Of a stretch of DNA of 64,000 nucleotides, positions 1 to 24,930 are shown piece by piece (positions within the stretch are counted from its first letter, which is position 1; the number at the start of each line of letters is the position of its first letter). The notes below the pieces were generated by a model. The model saw only the letters and a list, made by a program, of their open reading frames with translations, was not told where the DNA came from and did no database searches. The stretch is from positions 124,001 through 188,000 of the forward strand of contig NC_000964.3 in assembly GCF_000009045.1 (NCBI RefSeq). Direction: 5' to 3'. Both the position numbers and the translations under genes were made by a program. The DNA comes from Bacillus subtilis subsp. subtilis str. 168. GTDB taxonomy: Bacteria; Bacillota; Bacilli; Bacillales; Bacillaceae.

Positions 1-1500
<1,500 letters not shown>

Positions 1501-1561
1501 TCTCTAGTTATAAAGGCAAGTGACATCGGTTAATCCGAAGATAAAAAGGGAGGTAGGCCCC

Positions 1562-4500
1562 TTGCTAGATGTGAACAATTTTGAGTATATGAACATCGGT
1601 CTTGCTTCACCAGATAAAATCCGTTCATGGTCTTTTGGTGAAGTGAAAAAGCCTGAAACGATAAACTATCGTACGTTAAAACCTGAAAAGGACGGTCTAT
1701 TCTGCGAACGCATTTTCGGACCGACTAAGGACTGGGAATGTCATTGCGGGAAGTACAAGCGAGTTCGTTATAAAGGCGTAGTTTGTGACCGCTGCGGAGT
1801 CGAAGTAACACGGGCTAAAGTCCGTCGTGAGAGAATGGGGCACATTGAACTGGCTGCCCCAGTTTCCCACATTTGGTATTTCAAAGGTATTCCAAGCCGT
1901 ATGGGTCTTGTGCTGGATATGTCACCTCGTGCTTTAGAAGAAGTCATTTACTTTGCTTCTTACGTTGTAACTGATCCGGCGAATACACCGCTTGAAAAGA
2001 AACAGCTTCTGTCTGAGAAAGAATACCGTGCTTATCTTGATAAATACGGTAATAAATTCCAAGCATCTATGGGTGCTGAAGCAATTCATAAACTTCTTCA
2101 AGATATCGATCTTGTAAAAGAAGTTGATATGTTAAAAGAAGAGCTGAAAACTTCACAAGGACAACGCCGTACTCGTGCGATCAAACGTCTTGAAGTTTTA
2201 GAAGCCTTCCGTAACTCAGGAAACAAGCCTTCTTGGATGATCCTTGATGTGCTTCCTGTTATTCCTCCGGAGCTTAGACCGATGGTTCAGCTAGATGGCG
2301 GACGTTTTGCGACTTCTGATTTGAATGACCTTTATCGTCGTGTCATCAACCGTAACAATCGTTTGAAACGCCTTTTGGACCTTGGTGCGCCTAGCATCAT
2401 CGTTCAAAACGAAAAGCGTATGCTTCAAGAGGCTGTCGATGCCCTAATTGACAACGGCCGCCGCGGACGCCCTGTAACAGGTCCTGGAAACAGACCGTTA
2501 AAATCTCTTTCTCACATGCTGAAAGGGAAGCAAGGCCGTTTCCGTCAAAACCTTCTTGGTAAACGTGTCGATTACTCCGGACGTTCTGTAATCGTTGTTG
2601 GTCCTCATTTGAAAATGTACCAATGCGGATTACCGAAGGAAATGGCACTTGAACTTTTCAAACCTTTCGTTATGAAAGAACTTGTTGAAAAAGGTCTTGC
2701 TCACAACATTAAGAGTGCGAAACGCAAAATTGAGCGCGTACAGCCTGAAGTTTGGGATGTACTAGAATCAGTTATTAAGGAGCATCCGGTACTGCTGAAC
2801 CGTGCCCCTACACTTCACAGATTAGGTATCCAGGCGTTTGAACCAACGCTTGTTGAAGGACGCGCAATCCGTCTTCACCCGCTCGTATGTACAGCTTACA
2901 ACGCTGACTTTGACGGTGACCAAATGGCGGTTCACGTACCATTATCTGCTGAAGCACAAGCTGAAGCACGCATCTTGATGCTTGCTGCTCAAAACATCTT
3001 GAACCCTAAAGATGGTAAACCGGTTGTAACACCGTCTCAGGATATGGTACTAGGTAACTATTACCTGACACTTGAGCGTGCCGGTGCTGTCGGTGAAGGT
3101 ATGGTCTTCAAGAATACAGACGAAGCGCTTCTTGCTTATCAAAACGGATATGTTCACCTTCATACGAGAGTAGCTGTTGCAGCTAACTCACTTAAGAATG
3201 TGACATTTACCGAAGAACAGCGCTCAAAATTGTTAATTACAACTGTCGGTAAGCTTGTCTTCAATGAAATTCTTCCGGAATCATTCCCTTACATGAATGA
3301 ACCAACGAAGAGCAACATTGAAGAGAAAACACCTGACCGTTTCTTCTTAGAAAAAGGTGCTGATGTTAAAGCTGTTATCGCACAGCAGCCAATCAATGCG
3401 CCGTTTAAAAAAGGCATTCTGGGTAAAATCATCGCGGAAATCTTTAAACGATTCCATATTACGGAAACGTCTAAAATGCTTGACCGCATGAAAAACCTAG
3501 GTTTCAAATATTCAACTAAAGCTGGTATTACAGTTGGGGTTTCTGACATCGTCGTACTCGATGATAAACAAGAAATTCTTGAGGAAGCGCAAAGCAAAGT
3601 TGACAACGTTATGAAGCAATTCCGCCGCGGTCTTATCACTGAAGAAGAACGCTATGAGAGAGTCATCTCTATCTGGAGTGCTGCAAAAGACGTTATCCAA
3701 GGCAAACTGATGAAATCACTTGATGAACTCAACCCGATCTACATGATGAGTGACTCTGGTGCCCGTGGTAACGCATCTAACTTTACGCAGCTTGCCGGAA
3801 TGCGCGGCCTGATGGCCAACCCGGCTGGACGTATCATTGAGTTGCCGATCAAATCAAGTTTCCGTGAAGGTCTGACAGTATTGGAGTACTTTATCTCCAC
3901 ACACGGTGCGCGTAAAGGTCTTGCCGATACCGCTCTTAAAACTGCTGACTCAGGTTACCTTACACGCCGTCTCGTTGACGTTGCTCAGGATGTTATCATC
4001 CGTGAAACTGATTGCGGAACTGACCGAGGCATTCTTGCTAAGCCTCTTAAAGAAGGAACTGAAACAATTGAGCGCTTAGAAGAACGCTTAATCGGACGTT
4101 TTGCAAGAAAACAAGTGAAGCACCCTGAAACAGGTGAAGTGCTTGTGAATGAAAACGAACTGATCGATGAAGATAAAGCACTGGAGATTGTCGAAGCCGG
4201 CATTGAAGAAGTGTGGATCCGTTCTGCCTTCACATGTAATACGCCTCATGGTGTATGTAAACGATGCTATGGCCGAAATCTTGCAACTGGCTCCGATGTT
4301 GAAGTCGGTGAAGCTGTCGGAATCATTGCTGCCCAATCAATCGGTGAGCCTGGTACACAGTTAACAATGCGTACATTCCATACAGGCGGGGTTGCCGGAG
4401 ACGATATCACACAGGGTCTTCCGCGTATCCAAGAGCTTTTCGAAGCGCGTAATCCGAAAGGTCAGGCAACAATTACAGAAATCGACGGTACAGTCGTTGA

Positions 4501-5161
4501 GATCAATGAAGTTCGTGATAAGCAACAGGAAATTGTGGTTCAAGGCGCAGTGGAAACACGTTCTTATACGGCACCTTACAACTCCCGCCTGAAAGTAGCG
4601 GAAGGAGATAAAATTACTCGAGGCCAAGTACTGACAGAAGGTTCAATCGATCCGAAAGAACTTCTTAAAGTGACTGACCTGACGACTGTTCAAGAGTATC
4701 TTCTCCATGAGGTTCAAAAGGTTTACCGTATGCAGGGTGTTGAAATCGGTGATAAACACGTAGAAGTAATGGTTCGCCAGATGCTTCGCAAAGTACGCGT
4801 GATTGATGCCGGTGACACTGATGTGCTTCCAGGTACATTGCTTGATATTCACCAATTTACTGAAGCGAACAAAAAGGTATTGCTTGAAGGCAACCGACCA
4901 GCTACAGGCCGTCCTGTCTTACTCGGTATTACAAAAGCATCTCTTGAAACTGATTCATTCTTATCTGCTGCTTCCTTCCAGGAAACAACACGTGTCCTTA
5001 CAGATGCAGCGATCAAAGGTAAGCGTGACGAGCTTCTCGGCTTGAAAGAGAATGTTATCATCGGTAAGCTTGTTCCAGCAGGTACAGGAATGATGAAATA
5101 CCGTAAAGTAAAACCAGTATCAAATGTTCAGCCGACTGACGATATGGTCCCGGTTGAATAA
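1562..5161 (+). CDS. rpoC: RNA polymerase beta' subunit
   Basis: NADFDGDQM catalytic motif and N-terminal Zn ribbon. TTG start at 1562 follows SD AAAGGGAGG, so the ORF-track start at 1520 is over-extended. Confidence 0.99.
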   Translation: MLDVNNFEYMNIGLASPDKIRSWSFGEVKKPETINYRTLKPEKDGLFCERIFGPTKDWECHCGKYKRVRYKGVVCDRCGVEVTRAKVRRERMGHIELAAPVSHIWYFKGIPSRMGLVLDMSPRALEEVIYFASYVVTDPANTPLEKKQLLSEKEYRAYLDKYGNKFQASMGAEAIHKLLQDIDLVKEVDMLKEELKTSQGQRRTRAIKRLEVLEAFRNSGNKPSWMILDVLPVIPPELRPMVQLDGGRFATSDLNDLYRRVINRNNRLKRLLDLGAPSIIVQNEKRMLQEAVDALIDNGRRGRPVTGPGNRPLKSLSHMLKGKQGRFRQNLLGKRVDYSGRSVIVVGPHLKMYQCGLPKEMALELFKPFVMKELVEKGLAHNIKSAKRKIERVQPEVWDVLESVIKEHPVLLNRAPTLHRLGIQAFEPTLVEGRAIRLHPLVCTAYNADFDGDQMAVHVPLSAEAQAEARILMLAAQNILNPKDGKPVVTPSQDMVLGNYYLTLERAGAVGEGMVFKNTDEALLAYQNGYVHLHTRVAVAANSLKNVTFTEEQRSKLLITTVGKLVFNEILPESFPYMNEPTKSNIEEKTPDRFFLEKGADVKAVIAQQPINAPFKKGILGKIIAEIFKRFHITETSKMLDRMKNLGFKYSTKAGITVGVSDIVVLDDKQEILEEAQSKVDNVMKQFRRGLITEEERYERVISIWSAAKDVIQGKLMKSLDELNPIYMMSDSGARGNASNFTQLAGMRGLMANPAGRIIELPIKSSFREGLTVLEYFISTHGARKGLADTALKTADSGYLTRRLVDVAQDVIIRETDCGTDRGILAKPLKEGTETIERLEERLIGRFARKQVKHPETGEVLVNENELIDEDKALEIVEAGIEEVWIRSAFTCNTPHGVCKRCYGRNLATGSDVEVGEAVGIIAAQSIGEPGTQLTMRTFHTGGVAGDDITQGLPRIQELFEARNPKGQATITEIDGTVVEINEVRDKQQEIVVQGAVETRSYTAPYNSRLKVAEGDKITRGQVLTEGSIDPKELLKVTDLTTVQEYLLHEVQKVYRMQGVEIGDKHVEVMVRQMLRKVRVIDAGDTDVLPGTLLDIHQFTEANKKVLLEGNRPATGRPVLLGITKASLETDSFLSAASFQETTRVLTDAAIKGKRDELLGLKENVIIGKLVPAGTGMMKYRKVKPVSNVQPTDDMVPVE

Positions 5162-5172
5162 CTGATTTAACT

Positions 5173-5214
5173 CTGCTGAAAGACTGCAAAAACAGTCTTT
5201 CAGCAGATATATTT
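5173..5214 (+). terminator. Hairpin terminator after rpoC
   Basis: 14-bp perfect stem CTGCTGAAAGACTG/CAGTCTTTCAGCAG, 6-nt loop, AT-rich tail. Confidence 0.75.
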
Positions 5215-5265
5215 ATGAAAAAGTCACTCTATGAGAAGAACGAATCTAAAAAATGTCATACCTTG

Positions 5266-5294
5266 TTGACATTCGTCTCCTAGAATGATAATAT
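5266..5294 (+). promoter_or_regulatory. SigA promoter of the str operon
   Basis: TTGACA (5266-5271), 17 nt, TAATAT (5289-5294) with TGn extension. Confidence 0.75.
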
Positions 5295-5339
5295 AACCAA
5301 GGTGCTCGAAATAAACCTGTTACTTTGGAGGATATGTTT

Positions 5340-5588
5340 ATGTCTTATGATAAAGTATCACAGGCCAAATCAATTATTATTGGTACGAAGCAAACAGTGA
5401 AAGCTCTAAAGCGAGGTTCAGTAAAGGAAGTAGTCGTTGCAAAAGACGCAGATCCGATACTCACGTCAAGTGTTGTTTCACTTGCTGAAGATCAAGGTAT
5501 CTCTGTCTCAATGGTTGAATCCATGAAAAAGCTCGGCAAAGCCTGCGGAATTGAGGTAGGAGCAGCCGCTGTTGCCATTATTTTATAA
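5340..5588 (+). CDS. ybxF: L7Ae-family kink-turn RNA-binding protein
   Basis: 82 aa, [10 protein letters not shown]...[13 protein letters not shown]7Ae pattern. SD GGAGGA before ATG 5340. Conserved position before rpsL. Confidence 0.95.
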
Positions 5589-5686
5589 CGTACTTTTGTT
5601 TTTGCGTAAGATTCCATCTTGTGTAAAGACATTGTTTTTTGCCTTTTGATGAACCACCTGGGTATGTGGGTTATAAAACGTAATGA

Positions 5687-6118
<432 letters not shown>

Positions 6119-6144
6119 TATACGAAAATACGCATAATTGATGA

Positions 6145-6630
<486 letters not shown>

Positions 6631-6683
6631 GATTTATAGATTAACAAAACACAATTTCCTAATAAGGAAGGAGAAATTACCCA

Positions 6684-8762
6684 ATGGCAAGAGAGTTCTC
6701 CTTAGAAAAAACTCGTAATATCGGTATCATGGCTCACATCGATGCCGGTAAAACGACTACTACAGAACGTATCTTGTTCTATACTGGTCGTATCCACAAA
6801 ATTGGTGAAACTCATGAAGGAGCTTCACAAATGGACTGGATGGAGCAGGAACAAGAACGTGGTATCACAATCACTTCCGCTGCGACTACTGCACAGTGGA
6901 AAGGATACCGCGTAAACATCATCGATACTCCAGGACACGTAGACTTCACAGTTGAAGTTGAACGTTCTCTTCGTGTACTTGATGGTGCTGTTGCTGTACT
7001 TGACGCGCAATCAGGCGTTGAGCCTCAAACAGAAACTGTTTGGCGTCAGGCAACAACTTATGGAGTACCGCGTATCGTTTTTGTTAACAAAATGGACAAA
7101 ATCGGTGCAGACTTCCTTTACTCTGTAGGAACTTTAAGAGACCGTCTTCAAGCAAACGCTCATGCAATTCAATTGCCGATCGGTGCTGAAGATAACTTCG
7201 AAGGTATCATTGACCTTGTAGAAAACGTTGCGTATTTCTACGAAGATGACCTCGGAACTCGTTCTGATGCAAAAGAAATCCCTGAAGAGTACAAAGAGCA
7301 AGCTGAAGAGCTTCGCAACAGCCTTATTGAAGCTGTATGTGAGCTTGATGAAGAGCTTATGGATAAGTACCTTGAGGGTGAAGAAATCACAATTGACGAG
7401 TTAAAAGCAGGAATTCGTAAAGGTACATTAAATGTTGAATTCTACCCTGTTCTTGTTGGTTCTGCCTTCAAAAACAAAGGTGTTCAACTAGTACTTGATG
7501 CTGTTCTTGACTACCTTCCTGCACCAACTGACGTTGCTGCAATCAAAGGTACACGTCCTGATACAAATGAAGAGATTGAGCGTCATTCTTCTGACGAAGA
7601 GCCATTCTCTGCATTAGCATTTAAAGTTATGACTGACCCTTACGTTGGTAAGTTGACGTTCTTCCGTGTGTACTCTGGAACACTTGATTCTGGTTCATAC
7701 GTGAAAAACTCTACTAAAGGCAAACGTGAGCGTGTTGGACGTATTCTTCAAATGCACGCTAACAGCCGTGAAGAAATCTCTACTGTATACGCAGGGGATA
7801 TCGCAGCTGCTGTAGGTCTAAAAGATACAACTACTGGAGATACTCTATGTGATGAGAAGGATCTTGTTATCCTTGAGTCAATGGAATTCCCAGAACCAGT
7901 TATCGACGTTGCTATTGAGCCTAAATCAAAAGCTGACCAAGATAAAATGGGTATCGCTTTAGCGAAACTTGCTGAAGAAGATCCTACATTCCGTACTCAA
8001 ACAAACCCAGAAACTGGCCAAACGATCATCTCTGGTATGGGTGAACTTCACCTTGATATCATTGTTGACCGTATGAAACGCGAATTTAAAGTAGAAGCCA
8101 ATGTTGGTGCTCCTCAAGTTGCGTACCGTGAAACATTCCGTACCGGTGCAAAAGTTGAAGGTAAATTCGTACGTCAGTCTGGTGGACGCGGTCAGTTCGG
8201 ACACGTTTGGATCGAATTCGAACCAAACGAAGAAGGCGCTGGCTTTGAATTTGAAAATGCGATTGTCGGTGGGGTCGTTCCTCGTGAATACATCCCAGCT
8301 GTTCAAGCAGGTCTGGAAGATGCACTCGAAAATGGTGTACTAGCAGGCTTCCCGCTTATCGACATTAAAGCTAAACTTTTCGACGGTTCTTACCATGATG
8401 TTGACTCAAACGAAATGGCATTTAAAGTCGCTGCTTCTATGGCATTGAAAAATGCAGTCAGCAAATGTAACCCAGTTCTTCTTGAACCAATCATGAAAGT
8501 GGAAGTGGTTATTCCAGAAGAATATATGGGAGATATCATGGGTGATATCACTTCACGTCGCGGACGCGTAGAAGGTATGGAAGCACGCGGTAACGCTCAA
8601 GTTGTTCGTGCTATGGTTCCTCTTGCTGAAATGTTCGGTTACGCTACTGCACTTCGTTCTAATACGCAAGGTCGCGGTACGTTCACTATGCACATGGATC
8701 ACTACGAAGAAGTGCCGAAGAGCGTCGCAGAAGAAATTATCAAAAAAAATAAAGGCGAATAA
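6684..8762 (+). CDS. fusA: Elongation factor G
   Basis: [23 protein letters not shown] GTPase motifs; 692 aa. Confidence 0.99.
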   Translation: MAREFSLEKTRNIGIMAHIDAGKTTTTERILFYTGRIHKIGETHEGASQMDWMEQEQERGITITSAATTAQWKGYRVNIIDTPGHVDFTVEVERSLRVLDGAVAVLDAQSGVEPQTETVWRQATTYGVPRIVFVNKMDKIGADFLYSVGTLRDRLQANAHAIQLPIGAEDNFEGIIDLVENVAYFYEDDLGTRSDAKEIPEEYKEQAEELRNSLIEAVCELDEELMDKYLEGEEITIDELKAGIRKGTLNVEFYPVLVGSAFKNKGVQLVLDAVLDYLPAPTDVAAIKGTRPDTNEEIERHSSDEEPFSALAFKVMTDPYVGKLTFFRVYSGTLDSGSYVKNSTKGKRERVGRILQMHANSREEISTVYAGDIAAAVGLKDTTTGDTLCDEKDLVILESMEFPEPVIDVAIEPKSKADQDKMGIALAKLAEEDPTFRTQTNPETGQTIISGMGELHLDIIVDRMKREFKVEANVGAPQVAYRETFRTGAKVEGKFVRQSGGRGQFGHVWIEFEPNEEGAGFEFENAIVGGVVPREYIPAVQAGLEDALENGVLAGFPLIDIKAKLFDGSYHDVDSNEMAFKVAASMALKNAVSKCNPVLLEPIMKVEVVIPEEYMGDIMGDITSRRGRVEGMEARGNAQVVRAMVPLAEMFGYATALRSNTQGRGTFTMHMDHYEEVPKSVAEEIIKKNKGE

Positions 8763-8791
8763 TTGATTTTGCCGCTTAACTCAAGTATAAC
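8763..8791 (+). promoter_or_regulatory. Internal SigA promoter for tufA
   Basis: TTGATT (8763-8768), 17 nt, TATAAC (8786-8791). Confidence 0.75.
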
Positions 8792-8881
8792 TACTATTGT
8801 AAGATGAGGAAGTGAAAGCTTTCTTTCACTTCCTATCACTCTATACATTACTAATTAAAAGCTCTTAAGGAGGATTTTAGA

Positions 8882-10072
8882 ATGGCTAAAGAAAAATTCG
8901 ACCGTTCCAAATCACATGCCAATATTGGTACAATTGGACACGTTGACCATGGTAAAACAACTTTAACTGCTGCTATCACAACAGTACTTCATAAGAAATC
9001 TGGTAAAGGTACAGCTATGGCGTACGATCAAATTGATGGTGCTCCAGAAGAACGCGAGCGCGGTATCACAATCTCTACTGCACACGTTGAGTACGAAACT
9101 GAAACTCGTCACTATGCACACGTTGACTGCCCAGGACACGCTGACTATGTTAAAAACATGATCACTGGTGCTGCGCAAATGGACGGAGCTATCCTTGTAG
9201 TATCTGCTGCTGATGGCCCAATGCCACAAACTCGTGAGCACATCCTTCTTTCTAAAAACGTTGGTGTACCATACATCGTTGTATTCTTAAACAAATGCGA
9301 CATGGTAGACGACGAAGAGCTTCTTGAACTAGTTGAAATGGAAGTTCGCGATCTTCTTAGCGAATACGACTTCCCTGGTGATGATGTACCAGTTGTTAAA
9401 GGTTCTGCTCTTAAAGCTCTTGAAGGAGACGCTGAGTGGGAAGCTAAAATCTTCGAACTTATGGATGCGGTTGATGAGTACATCCCAACTCCAGAACGCG
9501 ACACTGAAAAACCATTCATGATGCCAGTTGAGGACGTATTCTCAATCACTGGTCGTGGTACAGTTGCTACTGGCCGTGTAGAACGCGGACAAGTTAAAGT
9601 CGGTGACGAAGTTGAAATCATCGGTCTTCAAGAAGAGAACAAGAAAACAACTGTTACAGGTGTTGAAATGTTCCGTAAGCTTCTTGATTACGCTGAAGCT
9701 GGTGACAACATTGGTGCCCTTCTTCGCGGTGTATCTCGTGAAGAAATCCAACGTGGTCAAGTACTTGCTAAACCAGGTACAATCACTCCACACAGCAAAT
9801 TCAAAGCTGAAGTTTACGTTCTTTCTAAAGAAGAGGGTGGACGTCATACTCCATTCTTCTCTAACTACCGTCCTCAGTTCTACTTCCGTACAACTGACGT
9901 AACTGGTATCATCCATCTTCCAGAAGGCGTAGAAATGGTTATGCCTGGAGATAACACTGAAATGAACGTTGAACTTATTTCTACAATCGCTATCGAAGAA
10001 GGAACTCGTTTCTCTATTCGTGAAGGCGGACGTACTGTTGGTTCAGGCGTTGTTTCTACAATCACTGAGTAA
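8882..10072 (+). CDS. tufA: Elongation factor Tu
   Basis: [21 protein letters not shown]; 396 aa. Confidence 0.99.
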   Translation: MAKEKFDRSKSHANIGTIGHVDHGKTTLTAAITTVLHKKSGKGTAMAYDQIDGAPEERERGITISTAHVEYETETRHYAHVDCPGHADYVKNMITGAAQMDGAILVVSAADGPMPQTREHILLSKNVGVPYIVVFLNKCDMVDDEELLELVEMEVRDLLSEYDFPGDDVPVVKGSALKALEGDAEWEAKIFELMDAVDEYIPTPERDTEKPFMMPVEDVFSITGRGTVATGRVERGQVKVGDEVEIIGLQEENKKTTVTGVEMFRKLLDYAEAGDNIGALLRGVSREEIQRGQVLAKPGTITPHSKFKAEVYVLSKEEGGRHTPFFSNYRPQFYFRTTDVTGIIHLPEGVEMVMPGDNTEMNVELISTIAIEEGTRFSIREGGRTVGSGVVSTITE

Positions 10073-10084
10073 TAGTATGGTTTT

Positions 10085-10117
10085 AAACGAGACCCCTGTG
10101 GGTCTCGTTTTTTGTTT
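10085..10117 (+). terminator. Intrinsic terminator of the str operon
   Basis: AAACGAGACCC-CTGT-GGGTCTCGTTT followed by TTTGTTT. Confidence 0.92.
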
Positions 10118-10170
10118 GCTTATCTTTTTCTTGTATAATAGGATCTATCATATTCGAGGGGTTAATATTT

Positions 10171-11127
10171 ATGATTCCTGAAAAGAAATCAATCGCAATC
10201 ATGAAAGAACTAAGCATTGGAAATACAAAGCAAATGCTGATGATTAATGGAGTTGACGTGAAAAATCCATTGCTGCTTTTTTTACATGGCGGGCCGGGAA
10301 CGCCGCAAATCGGATATGTTAGACATTATCAAAAAGAGCTGGAACAGTATTTTACAGTAGTTCATTGGGATCAGAGAGGATCGGGGCTTTCTTATTCTAA
10401 GCGAATTTCGCATCACTCTATGACAATAAATCACTTCATTAAAGATACAATCCAAGTCACTCAATGGCTTTTAGCTCATTTTTCAAAATCAAAACTTTAC
10501 CTAGCCGGTCATTCTTGGGGATCAATACTGGCGCTTCATGTGCTGCAGCAGCGTCCTGATTTATTTTACACGTATTATGGAATCAGCCAGGTTGTTAACC
10601 CGCAAGATGAAGAATCAACTGCTTATCAACATATTCGTGAAATTTCCGAATCAAAAAAAGCCAGCATATTATCTTTCCTTACACGTTTCATTGGTGCTCC
10701 GCCTTGGAAGCAGGATATCCAGCACCTTATCTATCGGTTTTGTGTTGAGCTAACCAGGGGAGGATTCACTCACCGTCATCGTCAATCTCTCGCTGTATTA
10801 TTTCAAATGCTTACTGGCAATGAGTATGGAGTGCGGAACATGCACAGCTTCCTTAATGGATTGCGCTTCAGTAAAAAACATTTAACTGATGAGTTGTACC
10901 GGTTTAATGCTTTTACATCAGTTCCTTCTATTAAAGTACCGTGTGTTTTCATTTCAGGGAAACATGACTTAATTGTTCCTGCAGAAATATCGAAACAGTA
11001 TTATCAAGAACTTGAGGCACCTGAAAAGCGCTGGTTTCAATTTGAGAATTCAGCTCACACCCCGCATATTGAGGAGCCATCATTATTCGCGAACACATTA
11101 AGTCGGCATGCACGACACCATTTATGA
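10171..11127 (+). CDS. ybaC: Alpha/beta hydrolase, proline iminopeptidase-like
   Basis: HGGPG oxyanion motif, GHSWG nucleophile elbow, candidate Asp (HDLIV) and His (SAHTPH). Confidence 0.88.
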   Translation: MIPEKKSIAIMKELSIGNTKQMLMINGVDVKNPLLLFLHGGPGTPQIGYVRHYQKELEQYFTVVHWDQRGSGLSYSKRISHHSMTINHFIKDTIQVTQWLLAHFSKSKLYLAGHSWGSILALHVLQQRPDLFYTYYGISQVVNPQDEESTAYQHIREISESKKASILSFLTRFIGAPPWKQDIQHLIYRFCVELTRGGFTHRHRQSLAVLFQMLTGNEYGVRNMHSFLNGLRFSKKHLTDELYRFNAFTSVPSIKVPCVFISGKHDLIVPAEISKQYYQELEAPEKRWFQFENSAHTPHIEEPSLFANTLSRHARHHL

Positions 11128-11134
11128 TAGATCC

Positions 11135-11163
11135 TTGATAAATAAGAAAAACCCCTGTATAAT
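11135..11163 (+). promoter_or_regulatory. SigA promoter P1 of the S10-spc-alpha cluster
   Basis: TTGATA, 17 nt, TATAAT. Confidence 0.85.
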
Positions 11164-11201
11164 AAAAAAAGTGTGCAAATCATGCATATTTTAAATAAGT
11201 C

Positions 11202-11230
11202 TTGCAACATGCGCCTATTTTCTGTATAAT
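11202..11230 (+). promoter_or_regulatory. SigA promoter P2 of the S10-spc-alpha cluster
   Basis: TTGCAA, 17 nt, TATAAT, with AT-rich upstream tract. Confidence 0.85.
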
Positions 11231-11236
11231 GGTGTA

Positions 11237-11672
<436 letters not shown>

Positions 11673-11708
11673 TTCTAAAATATAGAATGATCTTAATAGG
11701 AGGTGTGA

Positions 11709-12341
<633 letters not shown>

Positions 12342-12350
12342 TTCTCTTAG

Positions 12351-13279
<929 letters not shown>

Positions 13280-13289
13280 TTATCTGTAA

Positions 13290-14480
<1,191 letters not shown>

Positions 14481-14493
14481 GAGAGGAGGCTTT

Positions 14494-16124
<1,631 letters not shown>

Positions 16125-16131
16125 TCACTGA

Positions 16132-16410
<279 letters not shown>

Positions 16411-16444
16411 TAAAGTTCGGAATTCTTTTTCCGAAGGGAGGTAA

Positions 16445-16819
<375 letters not shown>

Positions 16820-16823
16820 TTGA

Positions 16824-17734
<911 letters not shown>

Positions 17735-17741
17735 TCAATGA

Positions 17742-18372
<631 letters not shown>

Positions 18373-18386
18373 GAAGTTTAACATGA

Positions 18387-18941
<555 letters not shown>

Positions 18942-18970
18942 GATCGCTTAAAGTGAAGAAAGGAGTGACC

Positions 18971-19336
<366 letters not shown>

Positions 19337-19339
19337 TAA

Positions 19340-20054
<715 letters not shown>

Positions 20055-20072
20055 AAATATTTGATCGGATAA

Positions 20073-20525
<453 letters not shown>

Positions 20526-20526
20526 C

Positions 20527-21822
20527 TTGTTTAAAACAATCTCCAACTTTATGCGTGTGAGTGATATCAGGAATAAAATCATATTCACTTTACTCATGCT
20601 TATCGTCTTTCGCATAGGTGCGTTTATTCCTGTGCCTTACGTTAACGCTGAAGCGTTACAGGCACAGTCTCAAATGGGTGTTTTTGATCTCCTTAATACA
20701 TTTGGCGGCGGTGCGCTTTACCAATTTTCCATTTTCGCAATGGGAATTACTCCTTATATCACGGCTTCGATCATCATTCAGCTGCTTCAGATGGATGTGG
20801 TACCGAAGTTTACCGAGTGGTCTAAGCAAGGTGAAGTTGGCCGCCGTAAATTAGCTCAGTTCACAAGGTACTTTACGATTGTGCTTGGTTTCATCCAAGC
20901 GTTAGGTATGTCATATGGATTCAACAATCTGGCAAACGGTATGCTGATCGAAAAATCCGGTGTATCGACATATCTTATCATTGCTTTAGTGCTCACTGGC
21001 GGAACTGCCTTTTTAATGTGGCTTGGGGAACAAATTACTTCTCATGGAGTAGGCAACGGAATATCGATCATTATCTTCGCGGGGATTGTGTCTAGTATTC
21101 CAAAAACAATTGGGCAAATATATGAGACTCAATTTGTCGGCAGCAACGATCAGTTGTTTATTCATATTGTGAAAGTCGCACTTCTTGTGATTGCGATTTT
21201 AGCAGTTATTGTTGGAGTTATTTTCATTCAGCAAGCCGTACGGAAAATTGCGATTCAATATGCTAAAGGCACAGGTCGTTCACCTGCTGGCGGAGGTCAG
21301 TCTACACACCTTCCATTGAAAGTGAATCCTGCAGGGGTTATTCCGGTAATCTTTGCGGTTGCGTTTTTGATAACGCCGCGGACGATCGCGTCATTCTTTG
21401 GAACAAACGATGTGACAAAGTGGATTCAAAACAACTTTGATAATACGCATCCGGTGGGTATGGCGATATATGTTGCGTTGATTATTGCCTTTACGTACTT
21501 TTATGCTTTTGTACAGGTAAACCCTGAACAAATGGCTGATAACCTTAAAAAACAGGGTGGCTATATCCCGGGGGTTCGTCCAGGGAAAATGACTCAAGAT
21601 AGAATTACGAGCATTTTGTATCGACTTACGTTTGTGGGTTCTATATTCTTAGCCGTGATTTCCATTCTTCCTATCTTTTTCATTCAATTCGCTGGATTGC
21701 CTCAAAGTGCACAAATTGGCGGAACATCTTTGTTAATTGTTGTCGGGGTAGCCTTGGAGACAATGAAACAACTAGAAAGCCAGTTGGTGAAACGAAACTA
21801 CCGTGGATTTATGAAAAACTAG
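20527..21822 (+). CDS. secY: Preprotein translocase SecY
   Basis: TTG start, multi-[20 protein letters not shown]. Confidence 0.99.
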   Translation: MFKTISNFMRVSDIRNKIIFTLLMLIVFRIGAFIPVPYVNAEALQAQSQMGVFDLLNTFGGGALYQFSIFAMGITPYITASIIIQLLQMDVVPKFTEWSKQGEVGRRKLAQFTRYFTIVLGFIQALGMSYGFNNLANGMLIEKSGVSTYLIIALVLTGGTAFLMWLGEQITSHGVGNGISIIIFAGIVSSIPKTIGQIYETQFVGSNDQLFIHIVKVALLVIAILAVIVGVIFIQQAVRKIAIQYAKGTGRSPAGGGQSTHLPLKVNPAGVIPVIFAVAFLITPRTIASFFGTNDVTKWIQNNFDNTHPVGMAIYVALIIAFTYFYAFVQVNPEQMADNLKKQGGYIPGVRPGKMTQDRITSILYRLTFVGSIFLAVISILPIFFIQFAGLPQSAQIGGTSLLIVVGVALETMKQLESQLVKRNYRGFMKN

Positions 21823-23273
<1,451 letters not shown>

Positions 23274-23311
23274 ATGATGAAAATAATTCCGAAGACAGAT
23301 GTTTTTCAAGC

Positions 23312-23536
23312 TTGATAGGGCAGAAAGCTTGGGTGAACATTGGCAAGACCGAATTCATCTTGCTTCTTGTCGTTGGAATTTTAACCATCATCAATGTACT
23401 AACAGCAGACGGAGAAAAGCGTACATTTCATTCTCCTAAGAAAAAGAATATCAATCATTTAACCCTTTATGATTGCGTATCTCCGGAAGTTCAGAACAGT
23501 ATAAACGAAACAGGGCGTGTGACAAACTTCTTTTGA
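23312..23536 (+). CDS. ybzG: KOW/L14e-like putative RNA-binding protein, apparently eroded and truncated
   Basis: Occupies the map-infA slot; ADGEKR...PKKKNINH motif; weak TTG start; a likely C-terminal remnant lies in another frame (see findings). Confidence 0.65.
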   Translation: MIGQKAWVNIGKTEFILLLVVGILTIINVLTADGEKRTFHSPKKKNINHLTLYDCVSPEVQNSINETGRVTNFF

Positions 23537-23584
23537 AATTTGTCAGAAAGCAAGTTACTGATTTGAAGAAGGGAGAACACTTGA

Positions 23585-23803
23585 ATGGCGAAAGACGATG
23601 TAATTGAAGTGGAAGGTACTATAGTCGAAACACTGCCAAACGCGATGTTCAAAGTTGAACTTGAAAATGGCCACACTGTTTTGGCTCATGTATCTGGTAA
23701 AATCCGCATGCACTTCATTCGCATTTTACCTGGAGACAAAGTTACGGTAGAATTATCTCCATATGACTTAACTCGTGGCAGGATTACGTACCGTTACAAA
23801 TAA
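23585..23803 (+). CDS. infA: Translation initiation factor IF-1
   Basis: [25 protein letters not shown]. Confidence 0.99.
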   Translation: MAKDDVIEVEGTIVETLPNAMFKVELENGHTVLAHVSGKIRMHFIRILPGDKVTVELSPYDLTRGRITYRYK

Positions 23804-23950
<147 letters not shown>

Positions 23951-23957
23951 TTTATAA

Positions 23958-24338
<381 letters not shown>

Positions 24339-24355
24339 GTAAGGGAGGTTCTTAA

Positions 24356-24754
<399 letters not shown>

Positions 24755-24770
24755 TTTGTTTGTATAGATT

Positions 24771-24799
24771 TTGTGTCCCTGTCAATAATGGGTTATGAT
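24771..24799 (+). promoter_or_regulatory. Candidate internal SigA promoter for rpoA-rplQ
   Basis: TTGTGT (24771-24776), 17 nt, TATGAT (24794-24799). Confidence 0.5.
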
Positions 24800-24930
24800 A
24801 CAGTTATTTATGAAACGAATGCACCGACTCGTTGCCTGAGCACATACGGGACTAAACAATGGGGAATTTCGGATGGAATCTCATATGATTCTATTCGAGG
24901 TTTCGACGTTTTGAAGGAGGGTTTTAAGTA

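Noticed and set aside
1520-1561. N-terminal extension of rpoC in the ORF track
   Set aside because: The strong SD positions TTG 1562; the extension runs through the SD itself.
9145-9621. 158-aa antisense ORF opposite tufA, and similar ones opposite rpoC, fusA, rpsE (19333-19767) and rpsC
   Set aside because: Shadow ORFs produced by the codon bias of highly expressed genes; no SD and no protein motifs.
10112-10139. SigA promoter for ybaC (TTGTTT-16-TATAAT)
   Set aside because: The -35 is part of the tufA terminator T-tract and the spacing is marginal; plausible but not supported enough to list.
23527-23540. Programmed ribosomal frameshift in ybzG at TTC TTT TGA
   Set aside because: The required frame is -1/+2, re-pairing of tRNA-Phe favours +1 only, and there is no stimulatory structure; a deletion is simpler.
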